A DNA stretch of 64,000 nucleotides. Origin: Ascidiella aspersa (Eukaryota). A program made the position numbers and the translations under genes. The notes beneath the pieces were generated by a model. It had not been told where the DNA came from and did not search any database. It saw only the letters and a program-made list of their open reading frames with translations. Within the stretch, counting starts at the first letter, position 1; every line of letters begins with the position of its first letter. Location: positions 8,742,001 to 8,806,000 of the forward strand of contig OZ004612.1 of assembly GCA_963924565.1 (NCBI GenBank). The letters are read 5' to 3'. This document shows positions 48,901 through 60,512 of the stretch, piece after piece.

Positions 48901-51900
48901 GATAGTTACAACACTGCAAATTGAACGAGCAAAAAGTAATACACAACAGGTCTAAATTCAAACTGTTGAATACTCTAGGAAGTTTTTTAACAATACTTTG
49001 TTTAGACACGGTTTGAAAAAGGATAGCAAACGAGCATATTATATATTTGAGATAATATTGGTTGTTACAAGGAAAACATATTGGTGGAGTATGCCCACAT
49101 GTCGGGTGTGTATATATTCCTAGATGGGAAACCATGTTTGCCTAAACGACGTTTTACAGCACCGATCTCGCAAATCTTTACCGCAAGTCAAACAAATTAA
49201 TGTTCAAATGTTTGCATTTGCGTGCAGTTAAGCGCGTAAGGGAGTGCTGATTGGCATCCGGAATGGCATAAAGGGAGAATGTCCATCGTAAACTAAACTA
49301 GAAGTAAAAGATTTTTTACGCCAACGAGCTAAAGTCAATCATTCTCCAAACGCTGACGCTACACACTTGCGAAACTGTTTCAACAATCAATTAAGCAGAC
49401 GCTATACACACTTGAGAAACAACAATAATGTTTTAACAATTATTTAAGGTTGTGTTAAATCCAAAACAACCAGAAAATGCAAAACTCGAACAAAGTGATA
49501 ATTTTGTAAACATTCAAAACAATCTCGGCCCTCTTAGAAATTGTTAATTTCTCAGTCTTTCAAACTCACGTTTTGGGATGTTAAATCACGTTCTTGGCTC
49601 AAACTTGGCAGATAAAATGAGCAAATTGATTTTTTCTTTTGTTTGAAGTAGCTTTATTGTTGTCGTAGATAACCATTTGATATAAACCGATATCAGTTTT
49701 TCGGGCCAATACCGATACCCAATGTTTTTGTGTGTTTTTTCAACTGATACCCAATACCGATTTTTTTTTCATATAGACCATGGTCAAAATTTAAGCAAAT
49801 TTAAAATAAAAAATAATTAACTTTTTAGTTTATCTACCCGTAATAATTAAACTGCTATTTTGCATATTAACTTTCCATGATGCTAGCAAAATTATTTTTG
49901 CCATAAAATAGGAAATTTGATTGTCTTTTAGGAAGAATTACATCATTTTTATGAGGTAAAATATCGGCCGCAATATCTTGGTGGACGCGAATATAGGTGT
50001 ACGATTTAAAAAATAAAATACATTAAGTCAAATGACGAATGTAAACTATATCGTGGTAGATTTACCCTTTATCCGGTCAAGCTTGTAAGTATATCTTAAG
50101 GCTGTTTCAAACTACTGTCCAAATACATGAATATAAAAAGACATGCTGTACACTGAAAAAAGCAGATGGCCTCGTAAAACATGGTTATCAAGAAGTTGCT
50201 AAAACTGATGCTGAATGGCAAACACTTGCGCCTTACGGCATAAAAAAGTCAATACACCCTTGCGGTTAAATTTTAACTTATTTATAACAGAGCGAACGAT
50301 TTTTTGTGCTTCTGACGTGTCATAAGGGTTTTCAAGAATTGTGTCTCACCAAAACAATACCTCCAGTTATTTTTTTGTCATCTTAGCCTATTTCTCATCC
50401 GATTCAAAATCAAGGCCGTTTTTCACAATTTTGAAATTAAAGAAGAGTATAAAGTATAAACAATAAAAAACATAAAAATAAATATCGTATCTGATTTCAC
50501 CGATTTGTAAACCACTTAACGGTAAGGTAGATGATATTTTATTGCATTTAATTAAAGTTTTTTTTATCGTGCTGTGGGATTAAAGAAGGATAAAACAAAA
50601 TAAAATCGGTACATTACCGAAATATTGTTAATAATCATTTGGTTTTAAAAACTCAATTTCTATGTAACCCCGTTGTGTAAAATTTAGGGTTTTGGATTGA
50701 AAATTTATAACTTGGAAAATTTTGTCTAAGTACAACTACAAAATAATTTATAGATATACCTACAAAGCTGAAGCCAGGATGAAAAAAATTGGTAACTGTC
50801 AAGTTAATGTGTAGACTCGGTCATAACAGTAGTCCCGTACAGGCAGTGGGTCACAAAATATACTTTCAGTTTAAGATACTTTCGGTTTATGGTCTCTGTA
50901 TAGTTTGACAAGAAATAAAAATAGAAATGAAATGTTCTGTTTAGCGGCGAGCATTTCGTCATTCCTTTCTGGATGGATAAAAATTCTATTTGGTGGCAAA
51001 TAACTGGACTGACAATCACCTACCCTATAGTTGTTCCGTTGGATGTCGTATGGCGACTTGGTGTCTGCGGGTTCTCTTCGCGAAATCTCTATTGAAAAAT
51101 AAAATTGATCTTTTGTTAAACAAATACAGCGAAAGAGTCAAAATGGCGTTTCTAACCAGTTCTTGGCGATATCTGACTAATTAAAAAATACCAACAGTTG
51201 ATAAAGAAGATTATTATTCACATTCATAAGTAAGAGGTATTAAAAAAATTACCAAAACTGCATGTTTATTTTCTGTTAAAAATATGAAATCAAAATTAAT
51301 AAATCAAAAATTAAAATCATATTTCGGTTTTACCCTTGAAGAAAGTTACAACAAAACCAGAAAATATTGTGTTTGCGATCGAAATCGAGGATTTAGTTAT
51401 TGCGAAGCGTATCGAAAAGTTGAAACACAGCAGGAAGATAAACAAGTCAAAGTTTTTTTTCTTTCGGTAAAATAGTGTTATTGCATACCTTTGCTGTACA
51501 CACAAATATGTTAGTGAACAAAATTTTGATAGTATAATATACACTGCTGGAAATTGTTACGCATGGAAAGTAGCGTTTTAAGCTATTATTGAAAATATGT
51601 TTATTTTTTTTTTCAGTAAACAAATTGGTTATAAACTGAGCGTTGGCTTCGCAAAGTTAAGTTAAACAAAAAATAAAAACTAACACCTCGACTTGTTTCT
51701 GCGCATATAAAGTAGTTGGTGGTATTTGGTGTAATAACATTAGCGAAAGTGGTCCTTAACAGCGTGTGGTTACGACCTTGGAAAGTAAGCCAAGGTCCAC
51801 TTGTTGAGTTAATATAGACTCGGTCAGCATAAAATTACATCGACGTTGGCAATATAGTCCAGTCTTCGTTGCCAATTCAAGTGAAAAAAAATCATCTTTC

Positions 51901-53665
51901 AATATGATTGAGATAACCGTGAAATAAACTTACCAGTGGTATAGTATAACATTTGGTTTAGTCCAGGGGTTCTTAAACTGGGGTCCATGGACCCCTTTGG
52001 GGTACGTGAAGCAGTTTTAAGGGGCACATGAAGGCATAATTAAACTATTAGCGTATATTTAAGCAATCAATTTTTCAACGAAAAAGTAGGCTATAATTAA
52101 TAATAAAATGTTTTTGCACTGAGTATATTTAGACTTCGTTTCATCTCACATATTTAGGACAGGAAACAGCAAATTTGTGAAGTCTGTTTGTAATATGACG
52201 TACATTTATGACGTCATCTCAAAACATTATTGCTCACACTGGTCCATGCGAAGCAAAAATATTTTTTAGGGGTCCGGGATAAAATAAGTTTAAGAATCCC
52301 TGCTTGAGAGTTAATGTTTTAAACTTCTATTGTTAGCGTGGACAAGGGACAAGTTAACGTCATACATGGATTTTATAAAACAAGTAGACTTAAGAAATAT
52401 GCTTTTTTTGGTCCTAAAAATGCTAAACGGAAATGGGGTTACACCGAAAGTTATTGCAGTTTACTAATGATACGTAAGCCGTAATCCTTGGTCAAAAAGC
52501 AGCGTTAGAAGGGCTATATCACAGTTATTAAAATATTTGGGCATATCTTTTACTGAAATATAGTTTAAATAGTTACGGAGAAGGTGTTTTTTATTCATAT
52601 TTACATTTTTAAAAATCACTCACTGTTTTAAAAATTACACTAAGATTTCAAGTTGATCGTTATCGACGTAAAAAAGTTCATGGCCTCTCAAGAGCCATTG
52701 AACCCCGGTTTAAGAACCCAGGCTTTAGACGGCATTCACTGTTTTAAAAATTACACTAAAACATTCACTGTTTTAAAAATTACACTAAGATTTCAAGTTG
52801 ATCGTTATCGACGTAAAAAAGTTCATGGCCTCTCAAGAGCCATTGAACCCCAGTTTAAGAACCCAGGCTTTAGACGGCGCAGCGTTTCATTTATCGTGTA
52901 CCAAAATTTTCGGAACCGAAGGCCACCTGTTGGAATTTACGTGCACGCGTTTAATTTATTATTAAGTTGAGTTCAGTCGAAATTCTTGAGCCCAATCGTG
53001 TTTTGTTTAACGAATAAAAACTACGAAAAATCCAAATATGTTCCATCGTTTCGACACGAAAGCTAAGTTTTACTTTACCTAACGCCTTAATTTCGATACT
53101 ACGAAAGCCAATACAAGTTTTTACACCTAACTAGAATTCGACTGGCATGCTAACAGTTTTTCTATGACTTTCGATGTACAGTACTTATGGACACACAGTT
53201 AGCTAGAAACTTTTCATGTGTCCCTAACAATAGTTGTGCCACTAGAAATGTAAATTTGATCGATTATAACCATAAGTACACATTTTGGTGAATTAAATTC
53301 CCAAGTTATTTTTTAATTTTGGAAATCCCTGACACTTTTCAGCAAATATATTCATATAAAAAAATTAAATAAATAAAGTATGTGGACTTATTTCTTTCAG
53401 GTTATTTTTGTTATACTATTTTTTGTTATGCATAAAACTTAACCCAGAGTAAAGTATAACTAAATATTAATCAAATTCCAATAGCCCAGTAATAATGCCT
53501 TTACATTGCGTTTTAGGGGACCATTGAAACAATAGTTAAGTATGTACTTACCGTGGTGACATAATCCGCTTTTGGGTATACGAAAAGTGTCATCAAAGCG
53601 GTGAAGACTAGCAGTAGGACTAACGGTAACAGTCGGTAGTTCGCCAACTGGCATAACTTCTTCAT
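45989..53665 (-). CDS. Carbohydrate sulfotransferase (Sulfotransfer_2, CHST8-14/HNK-1ST-like), gene 1
   Basis: Exons 53665-53552 (type II TM LLPLVLLLVFTALMTLFVY), 51088-51024, 48607-48235, 46828-46625 and 46525-45989 are phase-compatible. 5'-PSB CDIFKCGYTSW; 3'-PB VRHPFNRLLSAY; C-terminal DAHW..CNPCNVKYDFIMKFETL..DF.LFGY. Confidence 0.9.
51964..52302. mobile_element. hAT MITE relic
   Basis: CAGGGGTTCTTAAACT ... AGTTTAAGAATCCCTG termini with subterminal GGGGTCC motifs. No clear TSD. Confidence 0.65.
52618..52880. repeat. Local tandem duplication (about 115-145 bp)
   Basis: CACTGTTTTAAAAATTACACTAA occurs three times, and GATTTCAAGTTGATCG...CCAGGCTTTAGACGGC occurs twice. Confidence 0.85.
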
Positions 53666-54798
53666 TTTGTATTTGGTAAGGATTAACGGAAATTTGCTGC
53701 AAACTCTGAAATGTGACAAAGTGATTACTTAAACATATATAACCTTCCGCTATAGTAAATATAACTGTGAGTATAAACTCGCCTGCCTGTCGCGATACAG
53801 TTTGGCTTATGACATGATTTTTCCATGTTCCACATAACACTGATTGCGCTTTGTTTTCCCAACTGTAAACACGGGGTCTGTAAAGCAAACTCGAAACAAG
53901 GCTATCTTATCATGTTTACCTATAGCTGCATATATTGGTAAGGTAAATAAGGCGGCCATTTGAAACTTTAATACCAAGCAAAAAGTGATGTGTCTGGCTC
54001 TTGCTACTTCCAAATATTGCGACCGCCAGATAGCTTGCTGCGACATTTGTAACTGAAATTAGCCGCCGATGCAAAAAGCGAACATACAGTGACGGTTAGA
54101 ATCTAGAGTTTGACATCATTCCATAATTTGTGGATGCCAAAGAATTACGCCAAAATAAAACTATATGTATACGGCGAAAACAAAAAAAGAAGTAAATTCA
54201 ATAGTACCTCGAATTATACAGTTTGGCTATTACCTTCCGTTATAACATAACTCATTTGACGTTAAAGAACAGCATTCGAAATGTTACCTAGTAATATACT
54301 CAGTATGTACAGTAATATATTGTTATATTTTCTTGCAATTTTTTTCGTTAAAAAACAACTTTAAAGTGTGCATACGACAAAACATGATACTAAACCAGAG
54401 CTAAAAGACCTTAACTAAACAATTTGATTTAATTTTATTCAAAGAGTTTGATAGATTGAAATACCAAGTAACCCGAATAGGATTATTGCCATTTTTATCA
54501 CTTAATATACAATTCGTTTACAAGCGGTATGTTACCAAGAATAACCTACAACAGAGTTTCTAAAACTGTTGAATAGTTAACTCCACGGTGAAAAAAGTTT
54601 TTGCAAGTTCACCAACCGATAGGGGTTAGTTAAGTATTAATGGTTTATTTCAATTTTGTTTGTACGCAATGTCCATCTATTCTACACAGACTAAAATAAT
54701 CAACAGCGCCATTAACTCTTACTAACTAAGCCTGCCATATGTCCTCTTTTAGGAGGATTTGTCCTCTTTTTTTGAGAAGAGTGAATGGTCCTCCGAGG

Positions 54799-55230
54799 CA
54801 GGGCTGCGGAGTCGGAGTCGGACTCGGAACTAGGGACTCGAGTAAGACCTTGTAAATATACCTGAGTCCCGAGTCCGACGTGCGCATGCGCATTATCTAA
54901 TTTTAAAACTGTTAAGGCGGCAAAATGTAAGTTGCAACAGAGTAATAGCAAATGGTGAAATATTTTTAAACCATGTAATGCGGGTGGATCAATTATGACA
55001 CCAATATGAGTGGATTGCTGTAAATCCACCTTAATTTAGCTGCATAAATGGGTAAAATCCAGGCTGTAGAGTCAGAGCTGGATTCGGAACTCAACAAAAT
55101 CTTACATTTGGCCGGAGTCGGACTCGAGACTCGGGATTCGGACTCGGGTGTAGTTTTTTGACCGGAGTCGGACTCGGGACTCGGACTCGGGACTCGGACT
55201 CGGGTTGTTTTAACCGACTCCGCAGCCCTG
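54799..55230. mobile_element. hAT MITE with GGACTC/GGAGTC hexamer arrays
   Basis: TIRs CAGGGCTGCGGAGTCGG / CCGACTCCGCAGCCCTG; TSD CTCCGAGG / CTCCGAAG (7/8 match). Confidence 0.88.
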
Positions 55231-56529
55231 CTCCGAAGAAGCTCACAAATGCCTAAATATCCTCTATTTTTGCATTTCGAGTTAGTTGTTTATGCTTTCA
55301 ATAAGACTTTTAGGCGGAACGTCGTATTTATTTCCGAAAAATTACTGTAGCCACGAAACATGCTGAATCGCTGGTTTAAAAATGTTTTCCAACAAATTGC
55401 CCTACTGGCCCTACCTTCTTGATTGGTATTGCAAACATTTGGCCAGAAATATTGCAACCGAACCTCACATGTAAAAAGGCCCATTCATAAAGCAAAGGTG
55501 TGAGTTTTGTAGGCCTAGTCTACTATCAGTGTTACTGTATGGTAGGCAATGTTCTAATTTCTTACAGAAGCCTGTCTAGTTAGTCTACTTTATAGCTGAC
55601 AGGGGCCCGCCAAACATGATTTTTCCATGTTCCACATAACACTGATTGCGCTTTGTTGTCCCAACTGTAAACACGGGGTCTGTAAAGCAAACTCGAAACA
55701 AGGCTATCTTATCATGTTTACCTATAGCTGCAGATATTGGTAAGGTAAATAAGGCGGCTATTTGAAACTTTAATACCAAGCAAAAAGTGATGTGTCTGGC
55801 TCTTGCTACTTCCAAATATTGCGACCGCCAGATAGCTTGCTGCGACATTTGTAACTGAAATTAGCCGCCGATGCAAAAAGCGAACATACAGTGACGGTTA
55901 GAAGCTAGAGTTTGACATCATTCCATAATTTGTGGCTACCTCGAATTATACAGTTTGGCTATTACCTTCCGTTATAACATAACTCATTTGACGTTAAAGA
56001 ACAGCATTCGAAATGTTACCTAGTAATATACTCAGTATGTACAGTAATATATTGTTATATTTTCTTGCAATTTTTTTCGTTAAAAAACAACTTTAAAGTG
56101 TGCATACGACAAAACATGATACTAAACCAGAGCTAAAAGACCTTAACTAAACAATTTGATTTAATTTTATTCAAAGAGTTTGATAGATTGAAATACCAAG
56201 TAACCCGAATAGGATCATTGCCATTTTTATCACTTAATATACAGTGCGTTTACAAGCGGTATGTTACCAAGAATAACCTACAACAGTGTTTCTAAAACTG
56301 TTGAATGGTTAACCCAACAGTGAATAAATTTTTGCAAGTTCACCAACCGATAGGGGTTAGTTAAGTATTAATGGTTTATTTCAATTCTGTTTGTACGCAA
56401 TGTCCATCTATTCTACACAGACTAAAATAATCAACAGCGCCATTAACTCTTACTAACTAAGCCTGCCATATGTCCTCTTTTAGGAGGATTTGTCCTCTTT
56501 TTTTGAGAAAAGTGAATGGTCCTCCGAGG

Positions 56530-56948
56530 CAGGGTTGCGGAGTCGGAGTCGGACTCGGAACTAGGGACTCGAGTAAGACCTTGTAAATATACCTGAGTCC
56601 CAAATCCGACATGCGCATGCGCATTATCTAATTTTAAAACTGTTAAGGCGGCAAAATGTAAGTTGTAACAGAGTAATAGCAAATGGTGAAATATTTTTAA
56701 ACCATGTAATGCGGGTGGATCAATTATGACACCAATATGAGTGGATTGCTGTAAATCCACCTTAATTTAGCTGCATAAATGGGTAAAATTCAGGCTGTAG
56801 AGTAAGAGCTGGATTCGGGACTCAACAAAATCTTACATTTGGCCGGAGTCGGACTCGAGACTCGGGATTCGGACTCGGGTGTATTTTTTTGGCCGGAGTC
56901 GGACTCGGGAGTCGGACTCGGGTTGTTTTAACCGACTCCGCAGCCCTG
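56530..56948. mobile_element. hAT MITE (duplicate of 54799-55230)
   Basis: Same TIRs and TSD, carried along by the tandem duplication. Confidence 0.88.
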
Positions 56949-57317
56949 CTCCGAAGAAGCTCACAAATACCTAAATATCCTCTATTTTTGCATTTCGAGT
57001 TAGTTGTTTATACTTTCAATAAGACTTTTAGGCGGAACGTCGTATTTATTTCCGAAAAATTACTGTAGCCACGAAACATGCTGAATCGCTGGTTTAAAAA
57101 TGTTTTCCAACAAATTGCCCTACTGGCCCTACCTTTTTGATTGGTATTGCAAACATTTGGCCAGAAATATTGCAACCGAACCTCACATGTAAAAAGGCCC
57201 ATTCATAAAGCAAAGGTGTGAGTTTTGTAGGCCTAGTCTACTATCAGTGTTACTGTATGGTAGGCAATGTTCTAATTTCTTACAGAAGCCTGTCTAGTTA
57301 GTCTACTTTATAGCTGA

Positions 57318-57883
57318 CAGGGGCCCGCCAATGCAATTCATCCAGCCCGCCGACTCGTTGGCAAACTAGACACGAATCCATTTCAAATACTTTATGACTA
57401 TTTTAACTACCTAAGTGCGAAAAATTTTCGCGCTTTGCGCGAATGACCTTTGTACGTCCTGTTCGTTTACGTTTTGAGGCTAACTTTAAAAAAAAAAAAA
57501 AAAAAAAAAAATCGCGCTCGCTCCGCTCGCCAGGTGCTACCGGACACAAAAACCTTGACAAACACGAAACTAGGCTAACTAAACCGGTTATTGCGTTTCC
57601 TCAATGTAGTTTTATTACACTTTTATATGTAGTATGATCGACGTGTGAAATAGAATATTAAACCAAACACACGCTTTGTTGTCGCGCTTTGCGCCAACAC
57701 TTCACTGCCTTCTTAAATGTAATTAAACACGTTTTAGTGCAAAAAATATCTTAGGCCTGCCTGAATAAAAGTTGTTCTAACATTTTAATAACATAATTCT
57801 TAGTTAACATTTTGTGCGGCCCGCAGCGAGACCTTTCTAAGTTTAATTTTGGCCCGCGACAAGAAAAAAGGTTGCCGACCCCG
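57318..57883. mobile_element. hAT MITE with an internally deleted left end
   Basis: Right end GGCCCGCGAC..AAAAAGGTTGCCGACCCC; left end CAGGGGCCCGCC; internal CGCGCTTTGCGCG hairpins. No clear TSD. Confidence 0.6.
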
Positions 57884-58739
57884 TCTATAGCATATATGAC
57901 AAGTAGTTCTCATCAGATGCTTTTATTTTTTTTATTATTCTATAAATTTCAATGATATTTTGTGTAACCAATTTCACGATCTCATTAAATAATCATTCCT
58001 TATTGGCAAAGGTGAAGGGAATCGCAAAGTATTCATTGGCTGGATCTAATAAATAAATTTGATTTGTTGTTTTTGTGTCTGTTATTGTAACTTTTGCTTT
58101 GTTTTTGTAATTTTTAAAGGGAATGTAAAACATCATCAAACTCAAACGTAACAACTCTAATTTCGTTTTACTTGCCGGCCAAAAATGTCCTCTCTTTGGG
58201 CGCTGAAAGTATGTTAGCCCTATTACTAACACTGTGTTTGTTGTTGAGACCAGGTTGGGATTCGATTCTTACTGATTTTAAATATTTTGTTTAACTTTGC
58301 TGGTATTAAAATGTTACTGATGATTGCGTTTGTTTCTTTCTTGGATATAATCCTTCCTAACTGTAGATATGGAACAGTTTTTTATCGCAATAACCTACAT
58401 AGATAAAGTATAGTTTGTACGATTCACGAATTTCATAAAACATAGGGGGCATCTAAAAACTATTTATATTTTTTATATTTTACTTACATAATTGCGAATC
58501 ATATTTGCATTCGTAGCATGTTTTAATTTAGGGTGATTTGAATGCATACTTCTGTGATAGGGGTGAACGAAGCTGTAACATTTAAGAAGCACTGTACTAT
58601 AACAAAATATATATAACAGGGCCTGGAAACATTAGTCATATAAAACAAGTGGTTTTCAAAGTGAGACTTAGTAAAATTTAGGTGGGGCTTAGGGCGTGTT
58701 GTAGTTTTGGTGATACGTAGTTCAAAGTTTGAAAATATC

Positions 58740-59390
58740 CGCTCTCAAAGAGTGCTCCACGCCCGATGCGCCGCGGTAAATCGCCAAAGGACTGTTTATA
58801 AAATTCCCTGTGGAGGTTGTTCAGGAACCTACATAGGAGAAACTAAACGTTCTCTAGGAAACATGAAAACTTGAACATATGCGTGATGTCCGCCACGAGA
58901 GCGCATCCCGATCAGCTCTGGCAGAGCATGCGGTTGAACTTCAACACATTCAATATTCACTATAATTAGAGTAAAATTCTAGACTGCGGGCCGCACTATT
59001 ACAAAAGACGGTTCATTGAATTATTCCAGATCAACCAATGTCGTAACACTATGAACAAAAAGGATTCCTGGTTTCCGGCTATATACTGGTCGTTGTAGTT
59101 AACGGTATGCCTGATATAAACGCTCGTTGTCCGACGGTGCAGTTCTGCCCAGGATGACTCCGTCGCGTCACAGCTTATCGCATTCTTCCGCGACGTCTAG
59201 ATTTATTATTTTATCTATAGTCGTTTTAGTTTTTATTTTTAGTATGCAGCATAAGCTGGCTAACACATTCTTGTTTAAATTATTAACCCTGATGAGGTCA
59301 GCTGGCATCTGCTGCCGAAACGTCGGTTTATACTTAATTTGCACCTTAAACGCGATTTCTATTTATTTATCCAAATATGTGTTCAACAAC
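58740..59390 (+). mobile_element. Penelope-like retroelement 3' fragment (GIY-YIG endonuclease relic + pLTR)
   Basis: Frameshifted translation VYKIPCGGCSGTYIGETKRSL / EHMRDVRH..SALAEHAVELQH / KILDC..YYKRRFIELFQI..TMN..IYWSL* matches the PLE GIY-YIG pattern, and a hammerhead follows. Confidence 0.9.
59285..59328 (+). ncRNA. Type I hammerhead ribozyme (Penelope-type)
   Basis: AACC-CUGAUGA-GG(U)CAGC[UGGCAUCU]GCUGCC-GAAA-C-GUC^-GGUU: canonical core, GUC triplet, stem I AACC/GGUU. Confidence 0.85.
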
Positions 59391-59399
59391 TGTGATCTA

Positions 59400-59930
59400 T
59401 AGCCGGAGGGGAAGTTCGAGCCTCACTGCAGGCTTGTTGTTTTTCTAGTTTGTCCTGCTTGCATGTTTAATGGAAAGATTCGGTTAGTCTGCGATTTATT
59501 TCCGGTGTACTATGACAAGAAGGCGTATAGTCGTTGATCATAAAGCAGCTTCAGAAAAGCTAGATCACAGTTATTAACATATTTGTTTATATCTTTCACT
59601 GAAATCTGGTTTTAATAAGTTACGGAGAAGGCGGAAACACAAGTGTGCGTATCGTTAATTAAATAATATGGCACTGTAGATCCTTTTAATGTGAAATTGA
59701 TTGTACTACCAGAAAGCATGGTCGTATGATTGTTTCTCGACTCGACTCTGAGCCCGTGTATAGTTCAGTTAATAGAGCGACGGTCCGACGATGGTCGGAG
59801 GTCGTTGAGTTCGAACCTCAATTGCTAGTTGCTTTTCTATACTGCCTTGCTTGCATCATTAATCGACGGATTAGGTTAATCTTAATGGCTTCCAGTGTAA
59901 CCAAATATATATTGACACAAATTTCACTTA
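59400..59930 (+). mobile_element. tRNA-derived repeat, about 1.4 tandem units
   Basis: Two B-box cores (GAAGTTCGAGCCTC near 59411; GAGTTCGAACCTC near 59807) about 395 bp apart, each followed by the same downstream sequence. The second has D-arm GTTC-AGTTAATA-GAGC. Confidence 0.65.
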
Positions 59931-60512
59931 GTTTCTGATAAAACGCCAAAACAAATTAAAACAATTAAATAGGAGTTGTTTGCGAATCAATATAACTAGT
60001 ATTTAATGATAAACCGCAACCTTTATTGCAGATTAATTACTACAGCATGTTAGCTAAAATGCAGCACGTTAGCTAAAAATGCATAAAAGCGTTAAATTTA
60101 ATTTTACATTAGGGTAGCAAGATACTTAGTAATAAAAATCAATGTATAGAAAAGATTAAATAAACACAGAAGCCCCTTTAGGTTTTAACCGTTTATCAGT
60201 CAATAGTATCAGATTTTTATTTTTGTAAAAAAATGTCCAAAATTTTGCGTAGAATGTGTGCAAAAGCAGAATAGCATTGAGATCAAAGACAGGCGGTATG
60301 TAAAGATAGAAATACACGCACCAAAGAAACAATTAGTTTCATAAAAAGTTCTATCTCATAAAGCAGTAATAATATAAAAAGTTACAAAATATGGTAAAAA
60401 CGTCCTTTTAGTGTGTCTCAAGACCGTCCCATAGTCACAAAAACATTATTAAACTGCCCAGCTACAAGCATTTTACACGCATAAATCTTCATCTAATGAC
60501 AACAACTTAACG

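Larger units (their letters stand above)
53812..57330. repeat. ~1.8-kb head-to-tail tandem duplication upstream of sulfotransferase gene 1
   Basis: Units 53812-55613 and 55614-57330 are near-identical (copy 2 has small deletions). The duplicated ORFs 54712/56443, 55290/57008 and 53807/55585 reflect this. Confidence 0.95.

Noticed and set aside
50760-51830. Two short similar segments (TAGACTCGGTCA) as alternative sulfotransferase first exons
   Set aside because: Both hit early stop codons, encode no TM segment, and have incompatible phases; the exon at 51024-51088 already completes the model.
54799-55230. GGACTC hexamer arrays as telomere-like or coding repeats (ORF 54712-55029)
   Set aside because: They are subterminal repeats of a TIR element with an 8-bp TSD; the ORF is incidental.
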